Part shown: one piece after another, positions 1 through 11,700 of the stretch | How the letters are laid out: each line of letters opens with the position of its first letter | How positions within the stretch are numbered: the stretch's first letter is position 1 | From: Anaerolineae bacterium | Lineage (GTDB): Bacteria; Chloroflexota; Anaerolineae; UBA3071 | Reading direction: 5' to 3' | Length of the DNA stretch: 64,000 bases | Assembly (NCBI GenBank): GCA_029907105.1 | Contig: JARYMM010000005.1 | Coordinates: forward strand, 8,563 to 72,562 | Notes under the pieces: generated by a model | Told to the model about the DNA's origin: nothing | The model's database searches: none | The model's input: only the letters and a program-made list of their open reading frames with translations | Program-made: the position numbers and the translations under genes

Positions 1-3
1 ATC

Positions 4-975
4 ATGGCAGGAAAAAAGTCCAAGGAACGATCTGTTCGCCGAGGCCGTCCGGGTACGCCCCGGCGTGAAGCAGCGGAGGGCCCGCTCCCCAGCTTTGACC
101 GTCGCCGCATGGACAAGATCATGGCCGATGTCACTCGGGCGATCCAGGAGCAGGGGTTGGAATCCGTTGACGAGATCAACGCCTTTTTGCAGCAGATGAT
201 GGCCAGCGGCGGCCCGCCCTCTTTCGAGCCGACGACGCCTTTGGAAAAGGCCCAGGAGTTGATGTATGAGGCTTTCGAGGCCAGCGGGCGGCGGCGGGTG
301 CAACTGGCGCGGCAGGCCCTGGAAATCTGCCCGGACTGCGCCGATGCCTACGTGTTGCTGGCCGAGGAAACGGCCAGGACACCACAGGAAGCGCTGGCAC
401 TCTATCGGAAAGGCACAGAGGCTGGCGAACGGACGTTGGGGCCAGAGTTTTTCAAGGAAAACGTCGGGCATTTCTGGGGCATCATCGAAAGCCGCCCCTA
501 CATGCGCGCCCGTGCGGGTCTTGCCTTTACACTTTGGCAAATGGGCGAACGAGATGCGGCCATCGAACATGCCCAGGAGATGCTGCGTCTCAATCCCAAC
601 GACAACCAGGGCATGCGTTATCCATTGATGCTCTGGCTCCTGGAGACCGGACGGGATAAGGAACTGATGGCGCTTTTCGAGAGGTACCCCGATGAGGCCA
701 CGGCCGATGGCCTGTATCCGCAGGTGCTCCTCGCCTTCCGTCTGTACGGTGACAGTCGCGCCACCCGCAAGCTGCTGAGGGAGGCCATGAAGTGGAACCC
801 CCACGTGCCCGACTACTTGTTGGGGCGAAAACGGCCGCCACGTTTTCCTGGCTCCCATGTCACACTTGGCGGCGAAGATGAGGCCGCCGCCCATGCCATG
901 GCCGCTTTGCCGCTGTGGCGCAAGACGCCGGGCGCGCTGGAATGGCTGGCCGAGATGGTGGAGAAATCTGGGTGA
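4..975 (+). CDS. TPR-containing protein (ST7-like/unknown function)
   Basis: 323-aa ORF with TPR-like helices (ALEICPDCADAYVLLAE, LRLNPNDNQGMRY, AMKWNPHVPDYLLG). Confidence 0.75.
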   Translation: MAGKKSKERSVRRGRPGTPRREAAEGPLPSFDRRRMDKIMADVTRAIQEQGLESVDEINAFLQQMMASGGPPSFEPTTPLEKAQELMYEAFEASGRRRVQLARQALEICPDCADAYVLLAEETARTPQEALALYRKGTEAGERTLGPEFFKENVGHFWGIIESRPYMRARAGLAFTLWQMGERDAAIEHAQEMLRLNPNDNQGMRYPLMLWLLETGRDKELMALFERYPDEATADGLYPQVLLAFRLYGDSRATRKLLREAMKWNPHVPDYLLGRKRPPRFPGSHVTLGGEDEAAAHAMAALPLWRKTPGALEWLAEMVEKSG

Positions 976-1020
976 GGGTAACGGCGGGGAAAGAGGCGTG
1001 GCTTCAGAGGCTCATGCCCG

Positions 1021-2007
1021 CTAGATGCGCAATTCCACCACGTCGCCATCGTGCAGAACGTGGTCCCGGCTGACCATCTGTCCGTCGTACACCCCATGGC
1101 CCCACACGCGGGCCGCTTTCAGCTTCTCCAGGAAGTCGCGATGCACCTTCGCCGCGAAATCGGCCACGGTGCTGCCCTTCGCCAGCACGAACGGCGCGCT
1201 GAGGTCGGGCTCCTTCCCGGGTGGTTTGGCATAGACGCGGATGATCTCCAGACGTTCGAACACGGCCTGCTTCAGGCGCTCCAGGTGACGCCCCGTCGTC
1301 GTGGAGATGGAGAGCATGGGCCACTCATCCCCCAGTAGCTCCTGAAGAACCTCGAAATCCTCGTCCGTAGCTTCATCATCGTTCTTGTTAGCCACCACCA
1401 GGAACGGTTTGAAGGTCAGGCGCGCCTGTTCGGGGTAACAATCTCGCCGGTGCAGGGGCGCGATGCGATGCTCCTGCAAGATGGCAATCGTGTCCTCCAG
1501 TTGCTGGAGCGGATTGGACTGCAGGTCCACGACGAGCAAGATAAGGTCCGAACGGCGAATCAGGTCGAGCAATTCGGGTTCGATGTACTCCCTATCCAGC
1601 GGCGGCGTGTCAATCAACTGGATCTGGACGTTGGACACGGGCATCATGCCGGGGGTGGGTGTCCAGGTGGTATAGGGGTAATCCGCCACTTCAGGGGCGG
1701 CATTGGTCAGGGTGGCTACCAGGGCCGATTTGCCCACATTGGCCAGACCGACAACGACTACCTGTCCCGCGCCTTCCCTCTCAATGCGGAAGGCCGAATC
1801 TTGCCGGCCAACCTTCTTGCGGGCCCGGGCTTCGGATTTCAGTTGGGAGAGTTTGCGACGCAGGTCCGCCCTGAGTTTATCCGTGCCCTTATGTTTGGGG
1901 ATGGCGCCAAGGAACTCCTCCAGGGCGGCGATTTTCTCCGCACCCGGCCTGGCGGCGCGATAGCGCTTCTCCGCTTCTATGGCTTCCGGAGGGAGGTTTA
2001 TAGGCAT
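1021..2007 (-). CDS. DRG/OBG-family GTPase with C-terminal TGS domain
   Basis: IPKHKGTDKL N-terminal motif, G1 GLANVGKS, YPYTT, DTP, NKND, TGS motif IIRVYAKPPG...HVLHDGDVVEL. Confidence 0.85.
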   Translation of the reverse strand: MPINLPPEAIEAEKRYRAARPGAEKIAALEEFLGAIPKHKGTDKLRADLRRKLSQLKSEARARKKVGRQDSAFRIEREGAGQVVVVGLANVGKSALVATLTNAAPEVADYPYTTWTPTPGMMPVSNVQIQLIDTPPLDREYIEPELLDLIRRSDLILLVVDLQSNPLQQLEDTIAILQEHRIAPLHRRDCYPEQARLTFKPFLVVANKNDDEATDEDFEVLQELLGDEWPMLSISTTTGRHLERLKQAVFERLEIIRVYAKPPGKEPDLSAPFVLAKGSTVADFAAKVHRDFLEKLKAARVWGHGVYDGQMVSRDHVLHDGDVVELRI

Positions 2008-2069
2008 GGCTACCTGTTCACCCCGGTCCTGTGACGATTGCGGGTCTGGAGTGGGGGCTTGAACCTGGC

Positions 2070-2834
2070 TCAGGCCAGAACGCTGTACCCCCCATCCACA
2101 TGAATGGTCTGGCCGCAGATCATCGCCGCATCATCGCTGCACAGGAAGGCCACCACTTTGGCCACGTCTTCCGGCGTCACCAGACGGCCCACAGGGCTGC
2201 GCCGAAGCGCCTCGGCCAGGATCACCTCGCGGCTGGGGAAGAACTTGAGCGCATCGGTATCCACCACCCCCGGAGAAACGGCATTCACCGTGATGCCATG
2301 CGGCGCAAGCTCCACCGCCAGATAGCGGGTGATGGCCTCGATAGCCGCTTTGGAAACGCCGACGACAGAGTATTCGGGCATCACACGCACGGAGCCCAGG
2401 CTGGTCAGGGTGACGATGCGCCCCCAACCCTTCTCTATCATGTAAGGTGCGGCGGCCTTGGCGGCGAAAAGGACCGAACGGGCGTTGATGTTCATTGTCC
2501 ACTCCCAGCCCTTCAGATCCTGCTCAATGGCCGGCTTGAGCACGCCCGAGGCGGCGTTGCCCACCAGGATGTCCACGCCGCCCAGCACCTCGACCGTCTC
2601 CCGGATAAGCAGCTCGATCTCGTCCAGCTCCCCCACGTTGGCTTTCACCAGATGGACACGCGACCCTCTGGCCTGCGCCTCGGCCGCCGTGGCCTCGGCG
2701 GCCGAGCGCTTGCGCAGGAAGTTGACGCAGATGTCGGCCCCGCGCCCGGCCAGCTCCAAAGCGATGGCGCGGCCGATTCCCCGACCGCTGCCGGTCACCA
2801 CCGCCACTTTGCCCCTCAATGGTCTCTCAGACAC
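2070..2834 (-). CDS. fabL: Enoyl-ACP reductase FabL-like SDR
   Basis: [36 protein letters not shown]; closely follows Bacillus FabL motifs as recalled. Confidence 0.8.
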   Translation of the reverse strand: MSERPLRGKVAVVTGSGRGIGRAIALELAGRGADICVNFLRKRSAAEATAAEAQARGSRVHLVKANVGELDEIELLIRETVEVLGGVDILVGNAASGVLKPAIEQDLKGWEWTMNINARSVLFAAKAAAPYMIEKGWGRIVTLTSLGSVRVMPEYSVVGVSKAAIEAITRYLAVELAPHGITVNAVSPGVVDTDALKFFPSREVILAEALRRSPVGRLVTPEDVAKVVAFLCSDDAAMICGQTIHVDGGYSVLA

Positions 2835-2901
2835 ATCTGCCCTCCTTCATTCTTCGTCAGGCCAGGTGACGGTCACCTCAGAGGTGACCGTCACCTGATC
2901 G

Positions 2902-3906
2902 TCAGAGCAGGCCCAGCAGTTGGCTGAGCGCCTGCCGGGCCACGTTGACCAGATTGACCTCCATCAGTGCGGCGGCCAGGCTTGCCAGCCACAACGGGGC
3001 AGCCTGTCGCCAATTTGTCGCCACCCCCTCCCGCCGCAGCAGGACGCAGAGCACCAGCGTGTTCACCAGGCTCAGCATCAGCAACTCGCCGGCCACGCTC
3101 AACAAGGCCAGCGGGTAGTAGAGCCAGACGGCTTCGCTCCGTGCCACAAAGCCCACCGCGGCCGCCACGGCCACCAGCAAGGCCAGCTCCCCCATGTTGC
3201 GCAGCACGCGCTCCTCCCGGCTCTCGGCCCACAGGGTGAAGGCGACAATGGGCTGCACGATAACCACGAGCGCCAACCCCTGCAGCAGGCCGCTGCCAAG
3301 CCGCAGCAGATTGTGCGGTGCGTAGAGCAGGGGCGACCGGGTGAACAGCGTGACGTAGGAATTCAAGCCGTCCAGGGCCCACAGCCCGATGAACAGGAAG
3401 AGGACCAGCAGGACGTTGAGCGGCGGCAGCTTGCTGGCCCTTCCCCGCCCCATCAGGCTCAGCATCACGTAGGTGACCAGCACGCCAAGATAGGTGCCGG
3501 TGCAGCGGGCACACAGAGGAAGCTGCCGGCCACCGCAGAAGAAGCTATGCTCCGCCAGTTGACCGCACACCGCCCGGCCCAGGTAGTCAAGCCGTTCGGG
3601 CACACTGCCCGAAGAGAGCACCGCCGTGGCGGCGATGACCCCCAGGGCCAGGGCCAGCAACAGGCGATCACTCCTCCACCACGCCGGCCGCGTGCCCTCA
3701 TCAGGCAACCACGTTGTCTTTGCCGAGAACGTATCGAGACCCCCGTTTCCTTCCTGCCCGGAAGGAGGAAGGGTGATGTGTGCGTCTCCGGGTGTCCTTG
3801 GGGACAAACGAAACCTCCGCAAGTTCTGATCGTCATGCCATGTAATTATATCACATTCTCCACGCTTGCCTAAACCACTGCTCAAAGGTATAATGCCCCT
3901 CAGCAC
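2902..3906 (-). CDS. DUF2085-type membrane protein (true start probably downstream, ~3700-3830)
   Basis: VCGQLAEHSF...QLPLCARCTGTYLG motif plus multiple hydrophobic segments; the ORF 5' end overlaps the promoter region. Confidence 0.7.
   Translation of the reverse strand: MLRGIIPLSSGLGKRGECDIITWHDDQNLRRFRLSPRTPGDAHITLPPSGQEGNGGLDTFSAKTTWLPDEGTRPAWWRSDRLLLALALGVIAATAVLSSGSVPERLDYLGRAVCGQLAEHSFFCGGRQLPLCARCTGTYLGVLVTYVMLSLMGRGRASKLPPLNVLLVLFLFIGLWALDGLNSYVTLFTRSPLLYAPHNLLRLGSGLLQGLALVVIVQPIVAFTLWAESREERVLRNMGELALLVAVAAAVGFVARSEAVWLYYPLALLSVAGELLMLSLVNTLVLCVLLRREGVATNWRQAAPLWLASLAAALMEVNLVNVARQALSQLLGLL
3866..3894 (+). promoter_or_regulatory. sigma70-type promoter for the S8 peptidase gene
   Basis: TTGCCT-17 bp-TATAAT, followed by AAGGAG RBS before ATG 3921. 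Confidence 0.55.
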
Positions 3907-3920
3907 CGAAAGGAGCTTCT

Positions 3921-5516
3921 ATGTCCAAGCCAATCCGTATGCGGAACGTTCTGCTGGCCCTTTGCCTGCTGATCCTGCTTCCGGCGAGCGCGGCCGGGCT
4001 GAGCGCCCCGTCCGAGATGTCCCTCACGACCCCCGCGCCCTACGTGCGCGGCGAGGTCCTCGTGCAATGGCGGGATGCGGCGACGGCGGCCTCTGCCCGC
4101 CGCGACGTCCTCCAGGCCGGGCTGACCGTGTTGCAGGAAATCCCTCCGCTGCGCGTGGCGCGGCTGGCCGTGCCCTCCGGCCAGGAATGGGCATATATCG
4201 AGAGGCTGCGCCAGCACCCGCTCATCACCTACGCCGAGCCCAACTATCTCGTCTACGCCGCCGGCAGCGATGCCGTACAGCCCAACGATCCTTATTGGTC
4301 CAGGCAGTGGAACATGAACCGCATCGAAGCGCCCTCCGCCTGGGCCCTGAGCACAGGCCAGCCAGGGGTCAGCGTTGCCCTGCTCGACACCGGCGTGGAC
4401 ACAGGACACCCAGATCTCAGCGGCAACCTCCTGGCCGGATACGACTTCGTCAATAATGACGCCGACCCGGACGACGATCACGGCCACGGCACGCATGTGG
4501 CGGGCATCATCGCTGCCCAATTGAACAACGGCGTCGGCGTGGCCGGCGTCGCCCCCGCCATCAGCATCCTGCCCCTGAAGGTGCTCAACGAAAAAGGCGA
4601 AGGCGACCACTTTTGGGTCTCTCAGGGCATATCCTACGCCATCGCCAATGGAGCCAGAATCCTCAACCTCAGCTTCGCCGGCCCCTCGTCGGAGACCCTG
4701 GGCACGGCAGTACGCAATGCTTATAATGCCGGCGCGTTGCTGGTGGCCGCCACAGGCAACAATGGCATCGGCAGTGTCTCCTATCCCGCCGCCTATGCTG
4801 AGGTGCTGGCCGTTGCCGCCACCGACTACAATGACCGCTGGCCGTCCTATTCCAACTGGGGGCCGCAGGTGGACCTGGCCGCACCTGGTGGCACGTCGGG
4901 AAATCAGGTCTGGAGCACCTGGCGGAACGGCGGGTATGCCTGGAACTACGGCACTTCGATGGCCGTGCCCCACGTGTCGGGCGCGGCAGCGTTGATTCGC
5001 AGCGTCGCCCCCACGCTGTCCAGGGATGAGGTGGCAAACATCCTGCGCCAGAGCGCTGACCAGGTGGGGCAATTCCCCTATACGGGAGGCCGCAACGACT
5101 ACCTGGGCTACGGGCGGCTCAACGTCCACCGCGCCCTGCGCCAGGCCCTGCCCCCGACGCTCACCGTGCAGCCTGCGCAACTGTTCTTCCTTGGCGATAG
5201 CCAGCAATCGCCCGCCGCGCAGCAGTTGACCCTGAGCAACGAAAGCACCCAGACGCTGCAATGGCAGGCGGAAAAGCTCAGCGGCGGAAGCTGGCTCAAT
5301 CTCATCCCTCCCCTCAGCGGCAACATCACCTATCCATACCCGGCCAGGCTATGGGTCATGGTCACGGGTGGGCTGGATTACGGCACCTACGAAGGCAGCA
5401 TCCGCATCAGCAGCTCCACGCTGGGGGCGCAGGGCACCCCCCGAACGGTTCCCGTACGCCTGATTCTGGTGCCACGGCTGACGCGCGTCTATCTGCCTGT
5501 GGTAGAGAGCCGCTAG
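3921..5516 (+). CDS. Secreted S8 subtilisin/thermitase-like serine peptidase with C-terminal Ig/BACON-like domain
   Basis: Signal peptide; catalytic motifs LLDTGVD, HGTHVAG, GTSMAVPHVSG; ends in VYLPVVESR. Confidence 0.92.
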   Translation: MSKPIRMRNVLLALCLLILLPASAAGLSAPSEMSLTTPAPYVRGEVLVQWRDAATAASARRDVLQAGLTVLQEIPPLRVARLAVPSGQEWAYIERLRQHPLITYAEPNYLVYAAGSDAVQPNDPYWSRQWNMNRIEAPSAWALSTGQPGVSVALLDTGVDTGHPDLSGNLLAGYDFVNNDADPDDDHGHGTHVAGIIAAQLNNGVGVAGVAPAISILPLKVLNEKGEGDHFWVSQGISYAIANGARILNLSFAGPSSETLGTAVRNAYNAGALLVAATGNNGIGSVSYPAAYAEVLAVAATDYNDRWPSYSNWGPQVDLAAPGGTSGNQVWSTWRNGGYAWNYGTSMAVPHVSGAAALIRSVAPTLSRDEVANILRQSADQVGQFPYTGGRNDYLGYGRLNVHRALRQALPPTLTVQPAQLFFLGDSQQSPAAQQLTLSNESTQTLQWQAEKLSGGSWLNLIPPLSGNITYPYPARLWVMVTGGLDYGTYEGSIRISSSTLGAQGTPRTVPVRLILVPRLTRVYLPVVESR

Positions 5517-5536
5517 CCCCCTATCTGTGCCGATTT

Positions 5537-5672
5537 GTAACTACCCTGTCACTGCGAGCGAAGCGAAGCAGTCTCCTGGAATCATGAAGAGATTGCTTGG
5601 CCCTTTCGGGGCTCGCAATGACGCCAACCCACCGCTATATCTCACGTTGCCAGGCCGAAGGTAGGCAGTTAC
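5537..5672 (+). mobile_element. MITE family A, copy 1 (136 bp)
   Basis: GTAACT...AGTTAC ends; 8-bp target duplication GCCGATTT (5529-5536 and 5673-5680); internal GTCACTGCGAG...CTCGCAATGAC palindrome. Confidence 0.85.
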
Positions 5673-5791
5673 GCCGATTTACCGATCACCAATATCTTCC
5701 TGCCCTCTCCTTCGTCATCACGTTGTGGAGGATATGCGCCTGTCACGGGCTTTCCAGGCGCAAACCCAACGGTAAATCCAAGGAGGACGCG

Positions 5792-8700
5792 ATGAAAACC
5801 CGCATCTTGCTCTTGCTTGCTCTGGCCCTGGGCCTGGCCGGGCTGGGTCTCAGTGGCGGAGTGCAGCGACTGGAGGCGGCGAGTTCCAGGCCCTGGGATT
5901 CGGCGGCCAGCCCACAGAAGGCCGAAGCGGAGTGGGGGGACTGGCGCAGCGGTGGCCCCTACGGCGGGGATGTACAGGCGTTGGCCCTTTCCCCCGACTT
6001 CGGCGCTGATGGCCTGGCGCTGGCCGGCGGTTGGCGCACCGGCTATGCCGGGCCCACCGGCTACGGCATCGCCCGCACCACCGATGGCGGCGCGTCCTGG
6101 GCTCTTCTTTTCAGCGGCCCACCCTGGGATGATCTGGCCGTCTTCGACCTGGCCATTTCCCCTGCCTTTGCCGCCGACGGCACGGCTTTCGCCGCCACAG
6201 AGGCCGGCCTGCTGCGCAGCAGCGACCGCGGCAACACCTGGACGCAGCTACACGGCGGACTGCCCGGGCCAGGCAACGACGCCACCGTGGATGATATGGG
6301 CTTCGTGCGCCTGTCGCCCGCCTTCGCCGCCGACGGCACGCTCCTGACCGCGCCGCGCAACGGCTCCCTCTACCGCTCGACCGACCGGGGCAACACCTGG
6401 ACGGAGGTGCTCTCCGGACCAACTTCTGCCGCGGCCTTTTCCCGCTTCTTCGCCGCCAACCACACCGCCTTCGCCACACAGTTCGACGGCGTGGGTGCAA
6501 CCAACCTGCGGCGCTCCACCGACGGTGGGCTGACCTGGCCCCTCGTGCTGAGCCTGCCCGGCGTCCAGGTCAATGACATCCTGGAGACGTTCGAGAACGC
6601 ACTGCTGCTGGCAACCAACGACGGCGTCCTGCGGCTGCTGCCGGTCGGCGGCAGCTACGTGCCGGATACCGTTTCGCCTGACATCGAGGGCCCGGTCTAC
6701 CGGCTGGCGGCGGCAGGGGATCATCTCTACGCCGCGGCACAAAACGGCCTCTTCATCACCTTGACGGAGGGCCGCCGGTGGGATCGCTATGCCGACACGC
6801 CGGTCACTCCGTTCCGGTCCGTCGCCCCCTGCCCGTACTGGGGCTCCTGCCATGCCATGATGGCTGGCACGCACACGGGCATCCTGGGCACGCCCGACGA
6901 TAACCTGATCCCCTGGGCCTGGCTGCCCGGCCCGCACGCCCTGCACAGCGAGAGCGTGGCCGCCTCTCCGGCCTATGCTGCCGACGGCACTCTCTTCGCC
7001 GCCACCGATCATGGCCTTTTCCGCAGCACCGACCGCGGCCTGAGCTGGCAACTGATGGTCGCCGGCAGTCCTCCCGGCGATGATTACGCCTTCCTCAGAG
7101 TACGGATCTCGGCGGGCTATGCCAGCGATGGCACGGTCTTCGCCACCTACGAAAACCGCACTTTGGCCCTGACCGCCCTCTACAAATCCACCGACCGCGG
7201 CCTGACCTGGACGGTGATCCCCGGCCTGGGTGGGGGACGGGCGCTGGCGCTCTCGCCGGCCTATCCCACGGACCGCACCGTGTTCGTTGGACGAGTGGAT
7301 GTGCTGCACAAGTCCACCGACGGTGGCAACACCTGGACGAGCTACCCCATCGCCCCGCCCGATGAGGGCTTCTTCGTCCTCGAACTGGAGACGTCGCCAG
7401 CCTACGCCAGTGACCGCACGCTGCTGGCCACCGGCCTGGGCCGCGTTCGCCGCAGCACCGATGGCGGCGTCACCTGGCAGAACCTGAACACCTACGGCCC
7501 CTCCTACGGGTTGGCCATCTCGCCCAACTATGCCGCCGATGGCACGGCCTGGCACACCTATCGCGCCATCGAAGCCCCCGGCGACGACACGCCGGAAAGC
7601 GGCGTCCTGCGCACCACCGATCGCGGCACCACCTGGAGCTTTGCCACGGCCGGGCTGCCGGGCGTGTACGAGCCTTTCGCCTGGCCGCTGGCGGCCTCGC
7701 CCGGTTTCGCTGTTGACCGTTCGCTCTTCACCGCCCTGCGTGGGCAGTTCGTGGCCGGTACAGAGCACAGCCTCTACCGTTCCATGAACGGCGGCGACAC
7801 CTGGCTGAAACTCGGCCATGCCCCCGGCAACCCCAATCCCTATGACCTGGCGGTCACGACGAACCCTTCCGGCGGCCTGACCGTGCACATGGCCACCGAT
7901 GCTGGCGTCTGGCATTACAGCAGCCGTTGCGAGGAGCGGCTGGTCAACGGCGGCTTCGAGCAAGACCTGGCCTGGCAGTTCCCTGTCACGACCTACCCGG
8001 CAGATTACAGCACGAGTGTCGCGCACAGCGGCCTCCGCAGCCTGCGCACGGGCATCGTCAGCGGCCCCGACGTGTACAGTTATTCGTCGGCCAACCAGGC
8101 GGTGACCATCCCCGCCGGTGTGTCCAGCGCCACACTCACCTTCTGGTGGTATCCGATCTCGGCCGAAGGGCCGCTGGCGGCGGCCGCCGAACCCGACGCC
8201 GCACGCCTGCAGGCGGTGGCCGAGGGCACCCTGCCGGCCGGTGTGCTGGCCGGCGACCGCCAATACGCGCTCCTGCTGGATAGCGCCGGCCACACCCTCA
8301 AGACACTCCTGTGGACGCGTAGCGATGCCCGCACCTGGCAGCAGGCCAGTTTCAACCTGGCCGCCTACGCTGGCCAGGCCGTGCGCGTCCACTTCGGCAC
8401 CTACAACGACGGCGATGGGCGCAGCACGGCCATGTATGTGGACGATGCCTCGCTGATCGTCTGCTGGCCGGGGCCCGTGGAACCCACACCCACGGTGACG
8501 CCAACCAACACACCGACACCCAGGCTGACACCGACGAGCACACCGACATCCACGGCGACGCCTACCCGGCTGCCGCTGACGCCGCGCGCCTATCTGCCGT
8601 TGGTCCTCAGACGCCATACAGCGCCGCGCACGCCGACGCCCACCGCCACGCCCACGCGCACGACAACGGCCACACCAACGGCTACGCGGACACCCACAGC

Positions 8701-11700
8701 GACGCCTACCCCAACGCCGACACCTGGGGCCACGCCCGGTCCGGCCTGTTACGAGGCGCTGGTCAACGGCGGCTTCGAGACCGATGCCGGGTGGGTCATC
8801 CGCCCGAACCCTGTCCTGGCGGCTTACGTCACGACGCCGGTGCACGGTGGGACGCGCAGCATGCGCACCGGCATCGCCGCCGGCGGGGCCAATGTGGAAA
8901 GCTACTCCCCCGTTGAGCAAAGCATCCGCATTCCGCCGCTGCCCTTCCCCGGCATGGCCTCCACGGCCCAGTTGAGCTTCTGGCGCTACAACGTCTACGG
9001 CGACGGCGGCGCGGCCAGCACCCAGAGCACATCGCCGGACCTGAGCGCATTGCCGCGCAGTGAGGCCGAGTTGGCTGCGGCTACCTTTGCCAGCGATTTC
9101 TTCTACGCCATCATCATCCAGGAGGACGGCACCATTGACTGGCTGCTGGTGGAGCGTGTTCACAATCCCTCCTGGCGGTTGATGACGACCTCTCTGGACA
9201 TCGGCCGTTACGCGGGCAAGACAATCCGCCTGCAGTTCGGCACCTACAACAACGGCACAGGCGGCATCAGCCGCACCTATGTGGACGATGCCTCGCTGCA
9301 GGTATGCCCGCCGGCCGGCGCGCTGCTGCTGCCTGGCGGCTGGGTGCGCCGGGTGATCGGACGGCCGGAGATGAACACCCTCTACGCTGACGTGGGCGGT
9401 GCGCTGTATCGCTCCGACGATGCCGGGGCGCACTGGCGTCTGGCGGGCATGGCCCGTCCGGAGCATACCATCCTCAGCGCCAACCCGAACGTGCTTTACG
9501 CCGGCGACGGCTATCCGTGCTACGCTGGCGGCGATCCAGCGCCCATGTGGCGCAGCACCGACGGCGGGGCAAGCTGGCATCAACTGCCGGCCGGCCTCAA
9601 CCTGAAGCCGCTGGCCGCCCATCCTGTGGACGCCCGGCTCTATGCCGCCGGCTGTGACGGCCCTTACCTGAGCCCGGACGGCGGGGCCACCTTCGTCCAC
9701 CAGCCAGACCCGCTCTTCAGCATCTACGATGCCAGGTCCATCGCCCCTGTGGGCACGGCCTGGACCGACGTCTGGATCGGCGGCGTCAGCGAAGGCGGTG
9801 GCGGCGGCATACTGGTCAGCCGCGATAGCGGCGACACTTTCGCCATTTCTTATCCCAAGGCGGGGGATCCGGAGCCGGGCTGGCTGGGCAGGCTGGCCCT
9901 GGATCGCTTCCGGGCAGGCGGTGTCTTCGCCCCGGCGTACTATGGTTTCTTCTATACCCCCAACGACGGGGAAGCCTGGCTGAACCATTCGCAAGGGCTG
10001 GAAGAGGTCACCGGCGGCATCCGCCCGTCGGGACTGCACGTGGTGATCCAGGACCCGCTTGGCGGCCCGGACGGCCGGCTCTTCCTGGGCACCGAGCGCG
10101 GCCTGTACACGCGCGCCCCAAACACGCTCCTGTGGTACAAGATCGCCGGCCAGCCCTTTGACCTGCTGCCTGTGCGCGACCTGTTGCTGCTGGACGGCGC
10201 GCCGCGCTGGCTCTACGTGACCACCTCCTTCGGGGTCTTCCTGTACGATGTAACGCATGTGCCCCCGGCACCCACACCGACTTCCACGCCGACGAGCCTG
10301 CCCAGCCCGAGCCCTACGCCAACCCGGACAGCCACATCCACAGCGACACCCACGCCCGCTGCCACGACCACCCCGACGGCCACGCGCACATCAACAGCCA
10401 CGCCGACAGCCACCCCGACGGCCATCCCCACGGCGACGCCGGGCGTCTGGCCGACGCCATACGTGTTGCGCACGCTGAGCCTGCCGACGGGCAGCCATCC
10501 GCACGGCATCGGCCTGGATGGCCCGGGCGATCGGCTCTATGTAGCCTTCCATGGCCCAGATCACACCGGCCACACCCTGGGCGTGGTGCGTACCCTCACC
10601 CTGGACCTGATGGCCCAGGCCGAACTGAGCCCCAGCATCGGCCCCAACGGCGTCACTGCCCTTCTCCCAGGAGCCCGGATCGCCGTGGCCAACCGCCAGA
10701 CAGACGACGTAGCTGTGGTAGACCGCAACACATTGGCGGTTGTCCGGCGCATCCCGGCCGGCGATATGCCCGACGGCGTCATCGTTCAAGGCAATTTCGG
10801 CTACGTCGCCAATTTCGGCAACGACACGGTGACCGTGTTCGACCCCGTGAGCCTGGACGTGCTGCACACGCTGCATGTCGGCCACGAGCCGTCGCTCTTC
10901 GCTGCCGACCCGGAGGCCGGTGACGTGTACCTGTCGCTGCATGGCTCGAACCAGGTCGCCCGCCTGCACGACGGCGCGGTGGTCGGCCTTTACAACGGCA
11001 TCCAGGAACCCTATGGCCTGGCCTTCGACCCGGCCAGCCGGCGGCTCTATGCCGCCAACCGCGGCTGGGCGCATACGGTCACGGTGATTGACGTGATCAG
11101 CGGAAACGTGGTGGGCACTATCGGTGTGGGCAGGGAGCCATTCGTTCTGGAGGTGAACCCCAACAGTGGCCACCTGTTCGTGGTCTGTGGCGACGAAGTG
11201 AAGGTCTACCGCACGCTGGACTGGGCGCCGGTGGTCAACATCCCCGTGCCGCCTGGCGCCGAAGAGGGCATCGCCCTGCACAACGCCCTGAACCGCGTTT
11301 ACGTCACCAGCGGCGAGGGCGATGCGCTGACCGAAATTCAGGATGCCGCACCGCCGCTGGTCCTGTTCGCCAGCAACCGGGACGGCAATGGCGAGATCTA
11401 CCGCATGTTGCCCGACGGGCAGGAGCAGATCCGCCTGACCTTCACCGCCGAGGCTTACGAGACCAGGCCGGTGGGCTCTCCTTACGGACGCTGGATCGCC
11501 TATGAGCGGACGGACCCCGGCGGCACCACCCACCTCTGGCTGATGAGCCGCGATGGCCGCAACCCCCGCCAGCTCACCTTCGGCAGCAGTTACGAGCACT
11601 GCCCTGCCTGGTCCGGTGACGGCACCAGGTTGGCCTTCACCTCGAACCGGGACGGCAACTGGGAAATCTACACCCTGCGCCTGGCCGACGGCCTGGTGAC

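Noticed and set aside
5597..5791. N-terminal extension of the 2192-aa ORF
   Set aside because: It starts inside the MITE; the real start is ATG 5792 with AAGGAGG and a signal peptide
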